A stretch of 64,000 nucleotides of DNA, taken from positions 96,001 to 160,000 of the forward strand of contig CAVVPN010000004.1 in NCBI GenBank assembly GCA_963750165.1, read 5' to 3'. Every line of letters starts with the position of its first letter. Within the stretch, counting starts at the first letter, position 1. The notes beneath the pieces are model-generated. The model was not told where the DNA came from, ran no database searches, and was given only the letters and a program-made list of their open reading frames with translations. A program made the position numbers and the translations under genes. The DNA comes from an uncultured Gemmataceae bacterium (GTDB lineage: Bacteria; Planctomycetota; Planctomycetia; Gemmatales; Gemmataceae). Positions 61,549-64,000 of this stretch are shown here, piece by piece.

Positions 61549-63015
61549 TCAACGCACTCGAACCTGAAAGCTCACGGTGCCGCTCTGTCCCGGCGGCAGC
61601 GGTTCGTTGATCTCCCAGCGCAACACCGCCGAGCCGGCTTCGTTCAACTGCGTGGTGAAAACGCCATCGCGATCCGAGCGGGCACTGCCCGCCACGTATT
61701 CCAGCCGGCCCGTCAGGCTGTCCGACACGACCACGTTGGTCACCGGCCGGCCGCCCTCGTTGGTGTACTTCAGGTAGAACGTGATGATCTCGCCGATGGC
61801 GGCGCCGCACTTGTCCGGCCACTTGATGATCCGCAGCGGCCGCTCCGGCACCACCGCCTCCGGCTTCGCGCAGGTGCCGCTCACGTCCTGCGTGCCGCGC
61901 ACCCTCGCCACCACGTCCAGGCCAGAGTAGCGGCCGCTGACGCTCGTCACCTGTACCGCCCCCGTCGTGCTCGACTTTTGCCCCGCCGCCAGGCTGCTCA
62001 GGTGCGCCTGCTGTGTCTCCACGAACGCCTGCCGCTGGCTCAGCAGTGTCCCCTGATTCTGCACCAGCGTCGCCCGGCCCGGCCCCGTCAGCGCCACGTG
62101 CGCCAGCGCCGCCGCCTCACCGCGCATCACCAGGAACCGCGGGATACACAGACAGACGCGGTTGGACACGGCGATGCGCCGCTGGTTCTGGCTGTCGGTG
62201 TACTCGGCGACGGTGTCGGAGGCGTCCAGGCCGAGCAGCCGGCCGTCGGGGCCGTAGCCGACCGGCGCCCCGCGATCCCCGCCGTCCCAGAAACAGATCT
62301 CGTCAGCCCGTGACGCGGGACCGAGCTTCGGATCGTACAGCTGATAGCAGCTCCACGCCAGCCACGGCTGGTCGCGCGGCAGCGGTAGCACGGTTTCGCC
62401 TGGCAGCAGCATCGTGCCAGGGATGCTCAGCGCGGCCAGCTCCTCCGGCGAAAACTTGCGGTCGCCGAACTTGACCACCAGCAGCGGCCGGCCGCGCTCG
62501 GCGATGGCCTTGAGCGGATCGGTGCCCACAGGCACGTCGATCTCGATGGGGCGGTTGGCTTCCGTGGGCAGCGGCAGGGCGTTGTCGGGGCGTTCGAGCG
62601 CCACGGCCTTGGTCACGAGGGCGTCGGACAGGACGCTGCGGAAGTCCTCGTCGCGGAAGAGGAGCGCGGCGGGGTGGTCCGACAGCTTGAGCGACGGCGG
62701 CAGCACGAAGGAGCCGCGCACCTCCAGGGCAGGGTAGAGCTTGACGCCGGGGAAGCGCGGCATGCCGCTGACCTCGACGCGGTAGGCGAAGCCGGGCCGC
62801 AGGCCGACGGTGCAGGGCGCCTCGAAGGTGCGGCCGGCCGGACCGTCGCGGTAGAAGGTGACCTTGACGCCCGGCGGTCCACTGAAGCGCACGAACAGCA
62901 GCGGCGGCGTGACCGGAGCGGCCGGCACCAGCGGCTGCGGTTGCGGCACCTGCCCGAGCGCCGCGGCGCCGCCGACGAGCAGCAGACCCAGCGCGAATAA
63001 GGATCGGCGGCACAT
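61549..63015 (-). CDS. secreted protein with C-terminal DUF11-like domain
   Basis: Signal peptide; K...A.IGE.ITF.L.YTN.G....NVVVSDSL..RLEYV.GSA...L.PGQSG.VSFQVRV. Confidence 0.85.
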   Translation of the reverse strand: MCRRSLFALGLLLVGGAAALGQVPQPQPLVPAAPVTPPLLFVRFSGPPGVKVTFYRDGPAGRTFEAPCTVGLRPGFAYRVEVSGMPRFPGVKLYPALEVRGSFVLPPSLKLSDHPAALLFRDEDFRSVLSDALVTKAVALERPDNALPLPTEANRPIEIDVPVGTDPLKAIAERGRPLLVVKFGDRKFSPEELAALSIPGTMLLPGETVLPLPRDQPWLAWSCYQLYDPKLGPASRADEICFWDGGDRGAPVGYGPDGRLLGLDASDTVAEYTDSQNQRRIAVSNRVCLCIPRFLVMRGEAAALAHVALTGPGRATLVQNQGTLLSQRQAFVETQQAHLSSLAAGQKSSTTGAVQVTSVSGRYSGLDVVARVRGTQDVSGTCAKPEAVVPERPLRIIKWPDKCGAAIGEIITFYLKYTNEGGRPVTNVVVSDSLTGRLEYVAGSARSDRDGVFTTQLNEAGSAVLRWEINEPLPPGQSGTVSFQVRVR

Positions 63016-63044
63016 GGCATGATCCTGACGTGAGAGGGGTCATT

Positions 63045-63107
63045 GCTTTCAGCCGCTTGCCGTGGGGGCAGGCTGGAAAGCCTGCTCCACGGCAAGCGGC
63101 TGAAAGC
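63045..63107. repeat. REP-like inverted repeat
   Basis: GCTTTCAGCCGCTTGCCGTGG...CCACGGCAAGCGGCTGAAAGC. Confidence 0.8.
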
Positions 63108-63146
63108 TGGGTCGAAGCGCTTGCACAAAGCGCCCGGGGCTCAGTG

Positions 63147-64000
63147 TCACTTCTGGCACCCGCCGGCGCCGCAACTGCTGCCGGGCTGCGCCGCCAGGCT
63201 CGCCGACGTCGGCATCGTGGTGAAGCCGGCTTGCTGCACCGAACCGCTGCCATCCATCCGCGACATCGGCACGCCAGGCAGGCCCGGCACGTTCGGCACC
63301 GTCGGGCCGCCACCGTTCGGTGCCAGGTTGGGCGGCAGCATCGGGCCGTTGGGACCGAACGGCACCATGCGGCCGGGCGGCACCATGTTGGGCGGCATCA
63401 TGCCGGGCGGCATCATGCCGGGCGGCATCATGCCAGGCATCGGCGGCAGACCGGGGTTGGGCACTGGTCCGGGTTGACCCTGCGGAGCGCCGGGGCCGGG
63501 CGCGTCGATCGCCGGCGTGTTCGGCGCCTCCTGATCCAGGTTGCCCATGCGGATCACCAGCAAGATGCTGCCGCGCCGCAGCGCTTCCTTGATCGGGTCG
63601 GCGCCCGGCTCCAGCGTCGTAGAGATGACCTCGCCGATGCCGGCCGCGGCCGCTTCCTGGTAGGTCGGGTCGGGCAGGTAAATCACCTTGACCAGATAGT
63701 TGCCCATCGCAACCTGCTTGAAGTCCTCCGGCGTGAAATCGATCGGCACCGCGTTGTGCGACAGGAACGCCTCGGTCTTGGGGTTGGCCGGCACCACCTC
63801 CAGCGTCGGGTACAGCTCCAGACCGGGCAGCCCCTCAATGTTGCTCAACTTCAGGCGGTAGATGGCGGCCTGCAGGAAGTTGTAGCGGCCGGGCGCCTCA
63901 ATGGGCGTCGGCGAGTAACTGGGCTTGCCGTCCGGGCCAACGCTGAACCAGGCAACGCGCATACCGGAGGGCCGCACGAAGCGCACCTGCGTGCGCGTGT
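63147..64000 (-). CDS. hypothetical protein (5' end outside window) with Pro/Gly/Met-rich tail
   Basis: Frame is open to the window edge; GRYNF...YRLKL...LYPTLEV domain; MMPPG repeats. Confidence 0.8.
   Translation of the reverse strand, partial: TRTQVRFVRPSGMRVAWFSVGPDGKPSYSPTPIEAPGRYNFLQAAIYRLKLSNIEGLPGLELYPTLEVVPANPKTEAFLSHNAVPIDFTPEDFKQVAMGNYLVKVIYLPDPTYQEAAAAGIGEVISTTLEPGADPIKEALRRGSILLVIRMGNLDQEAPNTPAIDAPGPGAPQGQPGPVPNPGLPPMPGMMPPGMMPPGMMPPNMVPPGRMVPFGPNGPMLPPNLAPNGGGPTVPNVPGLPGVPMSRMDGSGSVQQAGFTTMPTSASLAAQPGSSCGAGGCQK

Overview
This is a high-GC bacterial window, most likely Planctomycetota (Gemmataceae-like). That call is an inference from the DUF4058-like, TIGR03067-like, WD40 and Ser/Thr-kinase proteins and the many intergenic palindromes. 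From left to right: tadA with an Rpn-like nuclease, a short rho followed by a nucleotidyltransferase, and a membrane protein / winged-helix regulator / ispH unit with a shared operator-like palindrome. Next is a debris zone (IS701, kinase-TPR, sulfatase and DUF4396-like remnants) containing a secreted NPYTG-repeat protein, then a complete alternative complex III (actABCDEFG) + SCO + caa3-type oxidase operon. After that comes an apparently uncharacterised biosynthetic operon: reductase-SCP2 fusion, alpha/beta hydrolase, EhpF-like adenylating enzyme, MqnD-like protein, class III aminotransferase, lipoprotein and ABC exporter. The middle holds a secreted multidomain protein, the beta/delta half of a 2-oxoacid:ferredoxin oxidoreductase, a hybrid histidine kinase, and YdcF, AlkB-like, EF-hand/PPC, DUF1080-like, DUF4058 and WD40 genes. 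The window ends with a six-gene FHA / vWA / zinc-ribbon / Ser-Thr kinase locus and two paralogous DUF11-associated genes. About eleven 1-2 nt frame breaks in otherwise intact genes look like long-read errors. No rRNA, tRNA or CRISPR array was recognised. The best novelty candidates are the 24.2-34.2 kb biosynthetic operon and the 51.0-61.5 kb phospho-signalling locus. All family assignments come from motif recognition by eye, not from database searches.
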